Below are positions 62,625 to 64,000 of a stretch of 64,000 nucleotides of DNA, in pieces. The stretch comes from Deltaproteobacteria bacterium. Its GTDB lineage: Bacteria > Myxococcota_A > Polyangia > Haliangiales > JADYYK01. The translations under genes were made by a program, and so were the position numbers. Where the stretch lies: NCBI GenBank assembly GCA_020853705.1, contig JADYYK010000014.1, forward strand, positions 77,751-141,750, in the 5' to 3' direction. The stretch's first letter is position 1. The number at the start of each line of letters is the position of its first letter. The notes under the pieces were generated by a model. That model saw nothing but the letters and a program-made list of their open reading frames with translations. It searched no databases and had not been told where the DNA came from.

Positions 62625-64000
<1,376 letters not shown>

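Overview
Very GC-rich, gene-dense 64-kb chromosomal segment. I call about 50 protein-coding genes and found no rRNA, tRNA, CRISPR array, transposase, integrase or phage genes. All intergenic gaps are under 200 nt.

The gene content suggests a Myxococcota-type genome, but this is inference only. The supporting content is many lipobox lipoproteins, a eukaryotic-like Ser/Thr kinase, TPR proteins, TonB_C and AgmX/PglI-type domains, a mevalonate pathway and HpnC/HpnD.

Main blocks:
- 1-9.6 kb (minus strand): HDAC-family deacetylase, PHP-like lipoprotein, gpsA, a small membrane protein carrying a perfect (ST)12 microsatellite, a REC-GGDEF diguanylate cyclase, a HAMP-GAF histidine kinase and an orphan family-5 solute-binding protein.
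- 9.8-10.6 kb: a PEBP/YbhB protein translationally coupled to a stand-alone CZB zinc-sensor domain.
- 10.7-19.1 kb: a three-gene lipoprotein operon with two giant paralogous TPR/transglutaminase-like proteins, one catalytic-looking and one that has lost the Cys/His core.
- 19.2-23.9 kb: a TatT-associated TRAP transporter whose DctM carries a duplicated Cys-rich C-terminal extension.
- 24.0-36.2 kb: the block I consider most interesting. It is a co-directional, tightly packed isoprenoid cluster. A DPPR-synthase-like UbiA prenyltransferase comes first, then a 1160-aa pseudo-receiver/GAF/degenerate-GGDEF/Ser-Thr-kinase protein. That gene lies only 17 nt upstream of fni-mvk-mvd-pmk-hmgR-hpnC-hpnD and an 86-aa ORF.
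- 36.2-50 kb: housekeeping and envelope genes (rarA, a second orphan SBP, dacB, a Nudix-like protein, a TPR / tocopherol-cyclase-like / TPM trio, gcvT-H-PA-PB).
- 50-64 kb: two tandem TonB_C proteins, an ATP-grasp ligase, a PilZ protein, bcp, an AgmX/PglI-type secreted protein, a PHP-like plus amidohydrolase-TSP3 lipoprotein pair, and a truncated acs.

Notable non-coding structure: a perfect 13-bp inverted repeat (52788-52822), a duplicated hairpin element between convergent genes (50015-50115), a heptamer array between the two giant paralogues (15124-15151), and GGGGTCG direct repeats (56775-56836).

Limits: start codons were chosen by eye from signal peptides, SD-like motifs and stop/start overlaps. 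No searches or computations were run, so family assignments rest on recognised motifs.
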